Shown: positions 42,738 through 53,954, numbered from the stretch's first letter. The stretch is 64,000 bases of DNA from an uncultured Acidimicrobiaceae bacterium (GCA_963829265.1 CAWHIB010000010.1:216028-280027), one strand, 5' to 3'. The notes: generated by a model not told the origin, from the sequence alone. Numbers and translations are program-made.

Positions 42738-43945
42738 GTGCCCCCACCGTTGGACGTCGCCGCCGAACGAGCCGCCACTCCCGGCTGTGCGTCGGTCGCC
42801 CACCTGAACAACGCCGGGGCGGCACTGCCGACGGCGGCCACCCTCGACACGGTGATCGCCCACCTCCGGCTCGAGTCGGAGATGGGCGGCTACGAGGCGG
42901 AAGCGGCGGTGCGGGACCGGATCGTCCGCGGTGCGGGCATCGGCCGCCACCCTGCTGGGCGCCGATCCCGACGAGGTGGCCATCACCGGCTCGGACACCG
43001 AGGGCTTCACCAAGGCGCTGTGGGGCCTCCTCCTGGGTGGCGGGCTCCAGCGGGGACAGCGGATCCTGGTCGACCGCATCGCCTACGACAGCCACTACAT
43101 GGGCCTGCTCCAGGTGTGCGGCGTCGCCGGCACGACCATCGAGGCGGTCCCGAGCACCCCGGACGGGACCCTCGACCTCGACGCCCTGGCCGCCGCCCTG
43201 GCCGGCGGCGGACGTGGCCCTGGCCAGCCTGACCCACGTCGGCACCCACCGGGGACTGGTCAATCCGGTGGCCGAGGCCGCCCGGATCTGCCGCGACGCG
43301 GGCAGCGCCACGTTCGTGGACGCCTGCCAGAGCATCGGTCAGCTGCCGGTCGACGTCGGCGTCATCGGGTGCGACGTCCTGACCGGAACCGGGCGCAAGT
43401 GGCTGCGGGGGCCCCGGGGCACCGGCCTCGTCTACGTCCGGGCCGGGTTCGCGTCCGTCCCTGCGCCCCATCGGCATCGACGGACGCTCCGCCACGTGGG
43501 ACGAGCGACCACCACTACCGGTTGGAGGACGGGGCCCAGCGGTTCATCCCCTTCGAGACCCCGGTGGCCGTGCGGCTCGGGTTGGGCACGGCCATCGACC
43601 ACGCCCTCGACCTGGGGATCGACGCCATCGCCGCACGGGTGGGGTCGCTGGCCGAGGAGCTCCGCACCCTGCTCGGCGGCATCGCGGGGATCGCCGTCCA
43701 CGACGGTGGTCGGGTCCGGTGCGGGATCGTCACCTTCACGGTGGACGGACACGCTCCGGCCGAGGTGGCGGCCGCGGCCCGGGCGGCCGGCGTCAACGTG
43801 TCGGTGACCGACCGACCGGCCGCCCGGCTCGACCTCGGCGGCGACCGGCCGGCCGGCGTGGTGCGGGCCTCGCCCGCACTACTACAACGACTCCGACGAG
43901 CTGGGCCGTCTGGCCGAGGTCGTGTCCGGCCTGGCCGCCCGGTGA
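42738..43945 (+). pseudogene. class V aminotransferase / cysteine desulfurase-like PLP enzyme, about 4 frameshifts
   Basis: GTG at 42738 (VPPPLDVAAERAATPGCASVAHLNNAGAALP). The pieces lie in ORFs 42459..43232, 42931.., 43037..43807 and 42931.. again. The PLP-lysine context is TGTGRKWLRGPRGTG. The corrected C-terminus is ASPHYYNDSDELGRLAEVVSGLAAR. Confidence 0.8.
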
Positions 43946-44569
43946 GGGTGCGGGCGGCAGGGGTCGCGTTCCTGGTCGCCGGGGCACTGGCCGCCTGCGG
44001 CGGGTCGGCGTCGGCACCACCGACGACCGATCCCGGACTCCTGGCCCCCACGGCGGCGGAACCGTCGGCCACCACCGGGGTCGAGGCCGCGCTGCGCCCG
44101 GTCTGGCAGGCCATCGTGCACAACGACCCCACCGCCGCCCACGCGGCGTTCTTCCCCCGATCGGCCTACCTCCGGATGAAGGCGGGGGAGATCCGTGACC
44201 CGTCCTCGGACTACGCCGGTCGGCTCCTCGGGATGTTCGACCAGGACATCGGCGCGTACGCCAGCACGAGCTGGGGGGCGACCCGACCGGTGCGACCCTC
44301 GTGGCCATCACGGCCGATCCCGGTGACGCGGCCTGGATACCGCCCCGGGACCTGCAAGAACTCCATCGGCTACTGGCATCTCCCCGGGGCCCGGTTCGTC
44401 TACCGCGCCCACGGGAGGGTCCGGTCGTTCGCCGTGGCCTCGCTCATCTCCTGGCGGGGCGCCTGGTACGTGGTGCACCTCGGGCCGAACCCCCGTGCGT
44501 TCCCGGTGGGGAGCGTGGACCTCCCCGAGCGCGGGCGCGGGGACTCCGGGGCCGCCCGGCGGTTGCTGA
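43942..44569 (+). pseudogene. hypothetical lipoprotein, frameshifted; 3' end uncertain
   Basis: GTGA overlap at 43942. It has a signal peptide plus lipobox (VAFLVAGALAACGGS). The frame switches near 44290 and 44345. Confidence 0.5.
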
Positions 44570-44588
44570 CCAGCCGGCCCGGACACGG

Positions 44589-45138
44589 TCAGGCCGGACG
44601 GAACGGGCTCCCGTGGCCGGGCACCACCAACACCGGGCGCAGGGCCAACAGCTCGGCCCGGGACGCCTCGAGCAGCTGCTGGTCGGCGGCCAGGGGGTCG
44701 ATGTCCGGGCCCTGGCTCGGACCACCACAGGTGGGTGCACGCCACCAGGCCGCCATCGGTCTCGACCAGGGTGGTGATGTCCTCGGCCGAGTGCCCCGGC
44801 GTCGCCTTCAGGCGGACCGAGGGGCCCAGCTCGAAGCCGTCGGCCTCCCGGTCGGTCCAGACGTCGTCCTGGTAGATGGCCCAGTGGTCGTGGAACCGTG
44901 CCTCGGTGAACAGGGCGGCGTTCAGGGTGTGGTCGGGATGATGGTGGCTGAAGACCACGTCGGTCACCTGGCGGGGGTCGACGCCCAGCGCGGCCAGCGG
45001 GTCCAGGATCAGGCTCCGACGGGCCACCATGCCCGGATCGACGACGATGACGGCGTCGCCGTCGCGGACCAGCACCACGGTGCTCGCCACCCGGTCGTCC
45101 GCATACCCCTCGGCCAGGACGTCGAGCCGTGCCGTCAT
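44589..45138 (-). CDS. MBL-fold metallo-hydrolase, one frameshift
   Basis: GGGAGG RBS plus ATG at 45138 (MTARLDVLAEGYADDR). The HxHxDH motif SHHHPDH is present. The frame switches near 44715. Manual translation gives the C-terminus ...LVVPGHGSPFRPA with a stop at 44589. Confidence 0.8.
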
Positions 45139-45272
45139 CGTGCCTCCCGTCGTCCGGACCGACCGTAGCGAGTGCGCCCACCGGGCGCGCCACTCGCGGT
45201 GTCCGTGCACGCCCGCCGCTACTGTCGACCGGAGGCGTCCGGCGTGGGCCGCCCGGGCACGGGAGGGTAGCC

Positions 45273-46845
45273 ATGACGCAAGCGCACCCCGAGGACGTCG
45301 GGATCGGGTGGCACCGGTCCGCCCCGACAACCTCGTCGTGGTCCTGCTCGACAGCCTCAACCGCCACCTGCTCGGGCGCCTACGGCGGCGACCGAGTTCG
45401 CCACGCCGGTCGATCGACGCCTTCGCCCGCGTCCGCCCTCCGGTTCACCGGCCACCACGCCGGCTCGCTCCCCTGCATGCCCGCCCGCCACGACATCCTG
45501 GTCGGTGCCCTCGACTTCCCCTGGCGGCCCTGGGGGTCGATCGAGGTCTGGGAGGACGCCGTCACCCGGAGCCTCCGCCGGGCCGGGGTCACGACGATGC
45601 TGGTGTCGGACCATCCCCACCTGTTCGAGACCGGTGGCGAGAACTACCACACCGACTTCACGGCCTGGGCCTACGAGCGGGGCCACGAGAACGACCCGTG
45701 GCGGACGACGCCCGACCCCACGTGGATGGGGTCGCCGGCGCTGCCGGTCGAGCGCCCGCGACTACCACCACGCCTACGACGACTCCCGCACCTGGTTCCG
45801 CGCCGAGGAGGACTTCCCCGGCCCCCGGACCATGCGGGCGGCGGCCGAGTGGATCCGGACCTCGGCGCCGGCCCACGACCGGTTCTTCCTCATGGTCGAC
45901 GAGTTCGACCCCCACGAGCCGTTCGACACGCCCGAGCCCTACGCCTCGCTCTACAACGGCGACGAGGAGGGGGCCGACCGGGCCATCTGGCCGCCCTACC
46001 TGATCGACGCCGTGGCCAGCGGCCTGCTCGACCCGGCCCGGGCCCGGCACCTGCGCAACAACTACGGGTCCAAGCTCACCATGATCGACCACTGGTTCGG
46101 CCGCCTGCTCGAGGCCGTCGACGAGGCCGGGCTGGCGGGAACCACGGCGTGGTGCTGTGCCACCGACCACGGCCACTACCTCGGCGAGCACGACCTGTTC
46201 GGCAAGCCCGCCGCCCCCGTCTACAGCGAGCTCGGGCGGATCCCCCTCCTGGTGCGGTGGCCCGGGCAGCCGGCCCGGGACGGTCGACGCCCTCACCACG
46301 TCGGTCGACCTCCACGCCACCATCGCCGACCTGTTCGGCGCGGACGTCGGGCACCCGACCCACGGGCACGTCCCTGCTCCCGCTCATCGAGGGGACGGCC
46401 ACGTCGGTGCGCGAACTCGCCCTCTTCGGCTACTGGGGCCGGCACGTCGGGGTCACCGACGGCCGGCACCGCTACCTGCGGGGCTGCGGCGACGAGAACC
46501 TGCCGCTGTCGATGTGGTCCAACCGGTGGTCGACCATGCCGGTGCACCCGCTCCCCGAGCTGCGCCTGCCCCGGCCGGACGAGCCGGGCCGAGCTGCGGA
46601 CCATGCCCGGGCACGGCGGTGCCGGTCATCGTCCAGCCGTTCGGCCCCGGTGACGCCCTCCCCTACTGGGCCCTCGGGCCACCGCCGGACCAGACGCTCC
46701 TGTTCGACACCTCCGTCGACCCGGGCGAGACCGAGAACCGGGCCGGCGAGCGCCTGGAGGACGAGCTCGCTCGACGGACTGGCCGGGGCCCTCCACGCCA
46801 TCAGCGCCGCCCGAGGACCTCCTGGCCCGGCTGGGGCTGGCCTGA
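45273..46845 (+). pseudogene. type I (Cys-type, formylglycine) sulfatase, heavily frameshifted (about 11-12 switches)
   Basis: GGGAGGG RBS plus ATG at 45273. The FGly motif is LPCMPARHDIL and DHGHYLGEHDLFGKP is present. Segments alternate among all three forward frames (ORFs 45029.., 45129.., 45505.., 46157..). Confidence 0.8.
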
Positions 46846-46882
46846 GCGTCCGGGCCCCGCCGGGCCGCTGCCGCGCGTGGCG

Positions 46883-47074
46883 TCAGCGCGCCACGTGGCC
46901 GGACCCCGGCCAGCTCGGGCCCGCACGGCCTGGAGGTGGTCCCGACGCGCCTTGAGGGCCAGCCGGTAGCCGGGATTGTCGGTATCGGCGATCTCGCTCG
47001 ACAGGTCCCCGAGCGACCCGTCGAGCAGGTCGCGCAGCTCGGTGGCCTCGTGCCTCGGTCAGGGTGAGTTCCAT
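46883..47074 (-). CDS. small hypothetical protein, frameshifted; boundaries uncertain
   Basis: GAGGAG RBS plus ATG at 47074 (MELTLTE...). The best reading continues in another frame as ATELRDLLDGSLGDLSSEIADTDNPGYRLALKARRDHLQAV. Confidence 0.4.
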   Translation of the reverse strand: MELTLTEARGHRAARPARRVARGPVERDRRYRQSRLPAGPQGASGPPPGRAGPSWPGSGHVAR

Positions 47075-47263
47075 CGTGGTCCATCTCCTCGTGTTGCCGT
47101 CGCGCCCGTCGGGGCACACGTCCATCATCGGGCCGCCCGCACCGGGCGCACAGGGCCGAAGGTCCCAACGGACGACGCGTGGCCGGGGCCGCCGACGGGG
47201 CGCACGCGCGTCCGAGCGGCCGCTCGATTGACACCCCAGGTGCCGACCCGATAGACGGGTGCG

Positions 47264-48045
47264 ATGATCCTCGAAGGCAAGACCGTATTGGTGACCGGCG
47301 TGGGTGGGGGGCTCGGACGGGAGTGCGCCGCCTCCGCCCTCCGCGACGGGGCGAACGTGGTGATCGCGGCCCGGACCGCCGACGCCCTGGCGACCATCGC
47401 CGCCGAGCTCGACCCGACGCGGCGCGCGGGTGGCGTCGCACGTGACCGACATCACCGACGCCGACTCGTGCGCCGGCCTCGTCGACCTGGCCAAGGAGCG
47501 GTTCGGCTCCGTCGACGCCCTGGTCCAGGTGGCCGCCTTCGAGAACGCCTGGGGCGGGCTCTACGACATGAAGTTCGAGGACTGGCGGGCCGCCTTCGAG
47601 ACCAACGTGCTCGGGGCCATCAACGTCATCCGACCGGCCGCCGCCGCCATGAAGGCGGGTGGGGGCGGCGCCGTCGTCCTCATCGGGTCGCAGTCGATGT
47701 TCGCCCCCCAGATGCCCCAGGGCGGGTACGCGGCGTCCAAGAGCGCCCTGCTGTCGGCCATGTACTACCTGTGCGACGAGCTCGGGCCGGACAACATCCG
47801 CTGCAACATGGTGATCCCCTCGTGGATGTGGGGCCCGCCGGTCGAGATGCTCATGAACTGGCGGGCCAAGAACGAGGACAAGACGGTGGAGGAGGCCCTC
47901 GACGACGTGGTGGGCAAGTTCCCCCTGCGCCGGATGACCGAGGACGGCGAGGTCGCCGACGTGGTCGCCTTCTTCGCCTCGGACCACGCCAAGGCCGTGA
48001 CCGGCCAGTACCTGCTGGTCAACTCCGGGCGAGATGTTCCGGTGA
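47264..48045 (+). pseudogene. short-chain dehydrogenase/reductase, two frameshifts
   Basis: TGxxxGxG (LVTGVGGGLG) and YxxxK (YAASKSAL) are present. The frame switches near 47420 and 48030. The corrected end ...LLVNSGEMFR overlaps the next GTG (GTGA at 48042). Confidence 0.8.
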
Positions 48046-49120
48046 GCGCCCCCAAGCGGGTCGTCGTGTGGGGCACCGGGTTCGTCGGGCAGGATGGTGA
48101 TCCCCGAGATCGTCGAGCACCCGCGTGTTCGAGCTGGTCGGCGTCGGGGTGTCCAATCCGGACAAGGTGGGCCGGGACGCGGCGACATCTGCGGCATCGA
48201 CCCGATCGGGATCGCCGCCACCGACGACATCGACGCCCTGATCGCCCTGGCCCCGGACGCGCTCGTCCACTACGGGCCGACGGCGGCCAAGGCCGACGTC
48301 AACATCGCCCAGATGGGCGCCTTCCTGCGGGCCGGGATCGACGTGTGCTCGACGGCCATGACCCCGTGGGTGTGGCCGCACATGACCCAGAACCCGCCGT
48401 CGTGGATCGACCCCATCACCGAGGCGTGCGCGGCCGGCGGGGCGTCGTGCTTCACCACCGGGCATCGACCCCGGGTTCGCCAACGACCTCTTCCCCATGA
48501 CCCTGATGGGCCTGTGCAGCGAGGTCCGCCAGGTCCGGGCCCTCGAGATCCTCGACTACATCAACTACGAGGGCGACTACGAGGTCGAGATGGGGATCGG
48601 CATGCCGCCGGACTACGTCCCCATGCTCGAGCACACCGAGATCCTGGCCATGTCCTGGGGCGGGACCGTCCCGATGATGGCCCATGCCCTCGGCGTCGAG
48701 CTCGACGGGATCACCTCCACGTGGGAGAAGTGGGTGACCCCCACCGCCATCACCACGGCCAAGGGGACCATCGAGCCCGGCCAGGTGGCGGCCATCCGCT
48801 TCACCATCAACGGCATCGTCGGCGGGCAGCCCCGCATCTGCCTGGAGCACGTCAACCGGGTCGGCCAGGACGCCGCCCCGGACTGGCCCCGCGGCAACGA
48901 GAACGACGTCTACCGGGTGGTGATCGACGGCACCCCGTCGATCACCCAGGAGACGGCCTTCCGGTTCACCGACGGCTCGGGGCGGGACGCGGCCGCCGCC
49001 GGCTGCCTGGCCACCGGCCTGCGGGCCCTCAACGCCGTGCCCTACGTCAACGAGCTGCCCGCCGGGTGGGTGACCGCACTGGACCTCCCGCTCATCCCCG
49101 GCGTCGGCACCATCCGCTGA
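48042..49120 (+). pseudogene. NAD(P)-binding oxidoreductase of the dihydrodipicolinate reductase N-terminal-like family, about 4 frameshifts
   Basis: VSAPKRVVVWGTGFVGQ / MVIPEIVEHPR / FELVGVGVSNPDKVGRDAA / DICGIDPIGIAATDDIDALIA... / IDPGFANDLFPMTLMGL...IPGVGTIR are read across three frames. Confidence 0.65.
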
Positions 49121-49214
49121 CGCCCCGACCGTCGACCGAACCCTGTCCGACCCGGGGCCGCCGCCGCCGGCCGGACCGCCACCGACCGATCGGAACCACG
49201 ACACAGGAGCTGCC

Positions 49215-49711
49215 ATGACCCCCGAGGACCTCGTCGAGCTGGAGCTGATCAAGCGGCTCAAGTACCGCTACCTCCGGAGCATCGACCAGAAGCTGTGGGA
49301 CTCGCTCGAGTCCTGCTTCGTGCCCGAGGCCACCGCCCGCTACGGCGGCGGCCTGTACGAGTTCTCGAGCCGGGACGACATCATGGCGTTCTGCCGCGAC
49401 TCGATGGGCGCGACCACGTTCCTGTCGAGCCACCGCTGCCACCACCCGGAGATCGACCTGGTCGGCGACCGACGAGGCGACCGGCACCTGGGCGCTCGAG
49501 GACACCGTGATCCTCACCGACTTCGGGCTCACCATCCAGGGCGCCGCCTTCTACGAGGACCGCTACGTCAAGCGGGACGGCGAGTGGAAGATCCTCCACA
49601 CCGGCTACAAGCGCTCGTTCGAGGAGCTGATCCCCCGGGCCTCCATCGCCGGCATCAAGCTGACCGCCGAGTGGTGGGCCACGGACGGGCGCTCGAACCT
49701 CGGGCAGCTGA
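49215..49711 (+). CDS. SnoaL-like / NTF2-fold protein, frameshifted; 3' end uncertain
   Basis: MTPEDLVELELIKRLKYRYLRSIDQKLWD is the typical SnoaL_4 start. The frame switches near 49470 to ...EATGTWALEDTVILTDFG...YVKRDGEWKILHTGYKR. Confidence 0.65.
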
Positions 49712-49771
49712 TCCGGGCCGGCACACCGGCGCCGGGTGGCCCGCCGGCCGGCGGACCGGCCACGCCGCGGC

Positions 49772-50529
49772 TCAGGACAGGGTGGCGCCGTCGACCCGGA
49801 TGTCGGCCCCGTTCATGTGGGAGGCCTCGTCGGAGGCCACGTAGGCGATCGTGGCGGCGATCCCCTCGGGCGTGCCGAACGCCCCGAGCGGCATCACCCG
49901 GTTGATCAGCTTGGGGTTCGCCCCCTCGGGCACCGAGAACGACGCGGTGATGGGCGTGTCGATGGCCCCGGGACTGACGCTGTTGCAGCGCAGGCCGGCC
50001 TTGGCGTACTCGACGGCCAGCTCACGGGTCATGGCCAGCACGCCGCCCTTCGAGGCCGAGTAGGCCAGCGCCCAGGGCTGTCCGGCGTGGGCCGCCGTCG
50101 AGGCGATGTTGACGATGTTCCCCTTGGTCGCCAGCAGGTGGGGCAGCGACTCCCGGCACATCAGGAAGGTGCCGGTCAGGTTGATGGTGATCAGGCGGTT
50201 CCACTCGTCGAGGGTCAGCTCGTGGGAGTGGCCGAAGGACAGGACCCCGGCCACGTTGACCACCACGTCGAGCGAGCCGAGGGTGTCGACCGCCCCCGAC
50301 ACGATGGCCCGGACCCCGTCCTCGCGTGGAGACGTCGCCCGGGCGGGCCACGATCGAGCCGGACAGCCCGGCCGCCTCGGCGGCCACGCGCCTCGAGGGC
50401 CTCGGCATTGACGTCGACGGCGACCACGGCCGCCCCCTCGTCGGCCAGGCGGAGGGCGGTGGACCGCCCGATACCCGAGGCGGCCCCCGTCACCAGCACG
50501 TGCTTCCCGTCGAATCGCTCCAGAGCCAT
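49772..50529 (-). pseudogene. short-chain dehydrogenase/reductase, two frameshifts
   Basis: ATG at 50529 ([21 protein letters not shown]). YSASKGG and ...NGADIRVDGATLS are present. The frame switches at about 50330-50400. Confidence 0.8.
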
Positions 50530-50674
50530 GGCGGGCACTGTAGGACGGATCCGGCGGCGCGGGCATCCCGGTCCGCCCGGTCCGCCCGGGTCCCCGCGGC
50601 CGGCGACCCGGAGGGCGGACCGGCGTGCAAGGCTGGGACGGACGGCGTCGCACCCCACCACCTCCGAGGATCCC

Positions 50675-51476
50675 ATGCCCATCGCCCACGTCAACGGTGT
50701 CGACCTGTTCTACGAGCTGTCCGGATCGGGTCCGCGCCTGCTCGCCTGCAACGGCTCGGGGATGACCCTGGCCTCGGCCCGACCCCTGCTCACGCTGCTG
50801 GGACGGGACGTCACCCTGCTCGCCTTCGACCAGCGGGGACTGGGTGCGAGCGGACCGGCACCCGGGCCCTACGGGATGGCCACCTGCGCGGCCGACGCCC
50901 TCGGCCTGTTGGACGTCGTCGGGTGGGACACCACCCGGGTGGTCGGCGTGAGCTTCGGGGGGATGGTGGCCCAGGAGCTGGCCGTCACCGCCCCGGACCG
51001 GGTGGAGCGACTCGCCCTCCTGTGCACGTCCCCCGGGGGGGACGGCGGCTCCTCCTACCCGCTGCACGAGCTCGAGGCGCTCGACCCCGTCTCCCGGGCG
51101 TCCGTCCGGCGGACGCTGCTCGACGACCGCTTCGACGATGCCTGGCTCGGGACCCATCCGGGCGACCGGGCCCTCGTCGAGTTCCTGGACCGCCCCGATG
51201 CCGACGACGACCCGACGGTCGTGGCCGGGCGACGGGCCCAGCTCGAGGCGCGACGGGGCCACGACGTGTGGGACGCGACTGGGCGCCATCGACTGCCCCA
51301 CCTTCATCGGGTGCGGGCGGTTCGACCCGATCGCCCCGATGGCCAACTCGGAGGCCATGGCCACGAGGATCCGGGGGGCCGAGCTCCACGCCTACGAGGG
51401 AGGCCATGCCTTCTTCGCCCAGGACCCGGCCGCCCTGCCCGATCTCCACGCCTTCCTCACCGCGGCCGCCCGATGA
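50675..51476 (+). CDS. alpha/beta hydrolase, one frameshift
   Basis: [17 protein letters not shown] and the nucleophile elbow GVSFGG are present. The frame switches near 51275 into ORF 51138..51476. Confidence 0.8.
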
Positions 51477-52636
51477 GCGGGGCGACCGAGCCGCACCCCC
51501 CGGTCGGGGTCCCCGTCTCGGGTCGGTGCGACCCACGGTTCGCCGCGGTGCGGGACGCATTCCGCGACAACTTCGCCGACCGGGGCGAGGTGGGTGCCGG
51601 GGTGGCCGTCTTCGTCGACGGACTCCCGGTGGTCGACCTGGTCGGCGGGTGGGCCGACGCGGACCGCACCCGCGCCTGGGCGGCCGACACCCTGGTCGAC
51701 GTCTACTCGGTCGGCAAGGCGCTGGTGGCCCTCCTGGCGCTCCAGCTGGTCGACGAGGGCCGGATCGGCCTCGACGACCCGGTCGCCTCGACGTGGCCCG
51801 AGTTCGCGGCAGGCGGCAAGGCGGGCGCCACCGTGCGCCACGCCCTGTGCCACCGGGCGGGCGTCCCCGCCATCCGACAGCCGCTGACCAACGAGGACCT
51901 GTGGGACTGGGACACCATGGCGGCCGCGCTGGCCGCCACCGAGGCGTGGTGGGAGCCGGGGACCCGCCACGCCTACCACACCAACACCTACGGCCACCTG
52001 GTGGGCGAGCTGGTCCGACGGACGGGCGGCGACCTGCCCGGTGACCGGCTGGCGGCACTGGCCGGGCCGCTCGGAGCCGACGTCTGGTGCGGGCTGCCGG
52101 TCCACCAGCAGGCCCGCTGCGCCGAGGTGATCTGGGCGTTCGGCGGCGCGACGCCGGTGGTGGACTACACCGGGATGACGGGCGACGAGTTGATGGTGAA
52201 CATGGGCTACGTGAACCCGCCGGGATACTCCTCGATGGGCGTGGCCAACTCCGCCGAGTGGCGTGCCGCCCAGGTGCCGTCGACCAACACCCACGCCACC
52301 GCGGCCGGCGTGGCCCGGATCTACCGGGCCCTGCTCGACCCGGGTCGACTCGTCTCCGCCGACCTGCTGGCCGAGGCCGTGTCCCCCCAGTCGGTGGGCT
52401 TCTGCCCGGTACTCGGCGAGGAGGTCACCTTCGGGCTCGGGTTCGAGCCGGCCACGCCCCGTCGTCCCTTCGGCCCCAACCCGTCGGCCTTCGGCCACTT
52501 CGGGACCGGCGGTGCCGTGGGCTTCGCCGACCCCGAAGCCGGCATCGCCTTCGGGTACGCCATGAACCACGTGATCCCCCGGTGGCAGTCGAGCCGGAAC
52601 CGGGCCCTGATCGACGCCCTCTACTCCTGCCTCTGA
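51473..52636 (+). CDS. serine hydrolase (beta-lactamase / esterase EstB-like family)
   Basis: ATGA overlap at 51473. The SxxK motif YSVGK is present. It is intact to the stop at 52636 within ORF 49736..52636. Confidence 0.85.
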   Translation: MSGATEPHPPVGVPVSGRCDPRFAAVRDAFRDNFADRGEVGAGVAVFVDGLPVVDLVGGWADADRTRAWAADTLVDVYSVGKALVALLALQLVDEGRIGLDDPVASTWPEFAAGGKAGATVRHALCHRAGVPAIRQPLTNEDLWDWDTMAAALAATEAWWEPGTRHAYHTNTYGHLVGELVRRTGGDLPGDRLAALAGPLGADVWCGLPVHQQARCAEVIWAFGGATPVVDYTGMTGDELMVNMGYVNPPGYSSMGVANSAEWRAAQVPSTNTHATAAGVARIYRALLDPGRLVSADLLAEAVSPQSVGFCPVLGEEVTFGLGFEPATPRRPFGPNPSAFGHFGTGGAVGFADPEAGIAFGYAMNHVIPRWQSSRNRALIDALYSCL

Positions 52637-52865
52637 CCTCCCGGGCCAGTCCCGCCCCATAGGAGCCAGTCCCTTCCACCCCGACTGTCCCGACACGCCC
52701 GAACCCGGCGAGCCACGACAGCAGCGCCGCATAGCCCTCGGGGGTCGCGTCGAAGGACTCGGTGCCGAGCAGTCCGCCTACTTCGTCGAGTGCGGCAGCC
52801 ACGTGGACGTCGCCGTGGGTGTCGATGCCACCAGTGATGCCACGCGCAGCTTCTACGATGGTCAT
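52637..52865 (-). mobile_element. IS110-family transposase, N-terminal (DEDD/RuvC-like) fragment only, 3'-truncated
   Basis: GGAAAGGAAGGG RBS plus ATG at 52865. MTIVEAARGITGGIDTHGDVHVAAALDEVGGLLGTESFDATPEGYAALLSWLAGFGRVGTVGVEGTGSYGAGLAR matches the IS110 N-terminal domain. Similarity ends at the stop codon of the neighbouring hydrolase gene, and the rest of ORF 52425..52865 is read-through. Confidence 0.8.
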
Positions 52866-53201
52866 CGCCCATCCCTTCCTTTCCTTTAGCGGGTTGAGGG
52901 GTGGCTCGGCCGTCCCGGAAAGGAGTGACGGTGCGGGTCGGTCTGCTCGTAACAGAACGACCCATCACCCCCTCTGGAACGGGGCGCGCCGCGCCTCGAC
53001 TCAGTTGGTCCGGAGTACCGACCGACGGGGCGCGGCTGCGGTTGGCAGCCACTGATCTGAAGTCAGGCCGACGACCCCGGTGCATCCGAAATTACAAAGG
53101 ACCAACCATTCGGCGGTGGACCCTCACGGATGCTCAACAACATCATTGGTGGTAGGGGACGGCCGGCCAGGGTCGGAAAGCAGCCGGATACTCCACCTGT
53201 T

Positions 53202-53606
53202 CTAGCCTTGAGGCGCGAAGAACTCGAGTGCGATGTTGTCGGGATCTCGAAATGACAATGCCGAGTAGGAAGTTGCGTCCACGATGCCACCGTTTGGAAT
53301 GCCGAGTTCGTTCAGGCGCACTTCCCACGCTCTCAACTCTTCGCGGTTGGCACAGCCGAAAGCCAGATGATCGAGACCCGGTCGGCGCTCGTTGAACGGC
53401 TGAGTGCTGTTCAAATCAGGAAACTGAGTTAGACCGACGATGGTGCCGCTCGTAAGCCAAGCGACACGCTGGAAAGGACCTAGGTCCTCTTCAAGGATCG
53501 GATCTGAGCCAAACAGCGCCTTGTACCAGGGCACACTTCGATCGAGGCTCGTAACCGTTAGCGCCACGTGAGTAATCGCAGGGAACTCTGCCATGTCTAT
53601 TGGCAC
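53202..53606 (-). CDS. VOC (glyoxalase/bleomycin resistance/dioxygenase) family protein
   Basis: Intact 134-aa ORF with ITHVALTVTSLDRSVPWYKALFG and GLDHLAF. An alternative start lies at 53594. Confidence 0.8.
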   Translation of the reverse strand: MPIDMAEFPAITHVALTVTSLDRSVPWYKALFGSDPILEEDLGPFQRVAWLTSGTIVGLTQFPDLNSTQPFNERRPGLDHLAFGCANREELRAWEVRLNELGIPNGGIVDATSYSALSFRDPDNIALEFFAPQG

Positions 53607-53673
53607 CTCTCTTGGCCGGCACCTCTGTGGGAGTACAAGCTATCTGGCGTCACACGTTCCCGCTCTGGATGAT

Positions 53674-53699
53674 GCCCCGCTCCCATTGTTGTGGGACAC
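53674..53699 (+). repeat. island repeat copy (variant)
   Basis: GCCCCGCTCCCATTGTTGTGGGACAC. The stem TCCCA/TGGGA shows compensatory changes relative to the consensus. Confidence 0.7.
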
Positions 53700-53921
53700 G
53701 CAGGCCGGAGTTCACCGCCACCAGATGATCGACCAGAAGACTGCACTCAGGACCCGTCCTACTCGGCGGATGAGGCGAGCATCCTGTTCAGGAGTGCGCA
53801 TCGCTCAGTAGGCAAGTGGGCTGTTGTCGGCATTCACCGTCCGTGTATCGGAAGTTGCGCCGCCACCCTTGACCACCAGTCGATTCGTTGGCAATGGTGA
53901 TCTCTGGCCGCCGGTAGGGCG

Positions 53922-53952
53922 GCGCGCCACTCTCCCAGCGGTGTGGAGCAGG
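53922..53952 (+). repeat. island repeat copy (variant)
   Basis: GCGCGCCACTCTCCCAGCGGTGTGGAGCAGG, with stem CTCC/GGAG. It abuts the kinase stop codon. Confidence 0.55.
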
Positions 53953-53954
53953 GG

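Noticed and set aside
53712-53801. A 29-aa hydrophobic minus-strand ORF (MRTPEQDARLIRRVGRVLSAVFWSIIWWR) in the gene-free module between repeats at 53674 and 53922. It could be a type I toxin-like peptide.
   Set aside because: No convincing Shine-Dalgarno sequence is present. An ORF this short could arise by chance, and conservation cannot be assessed here.
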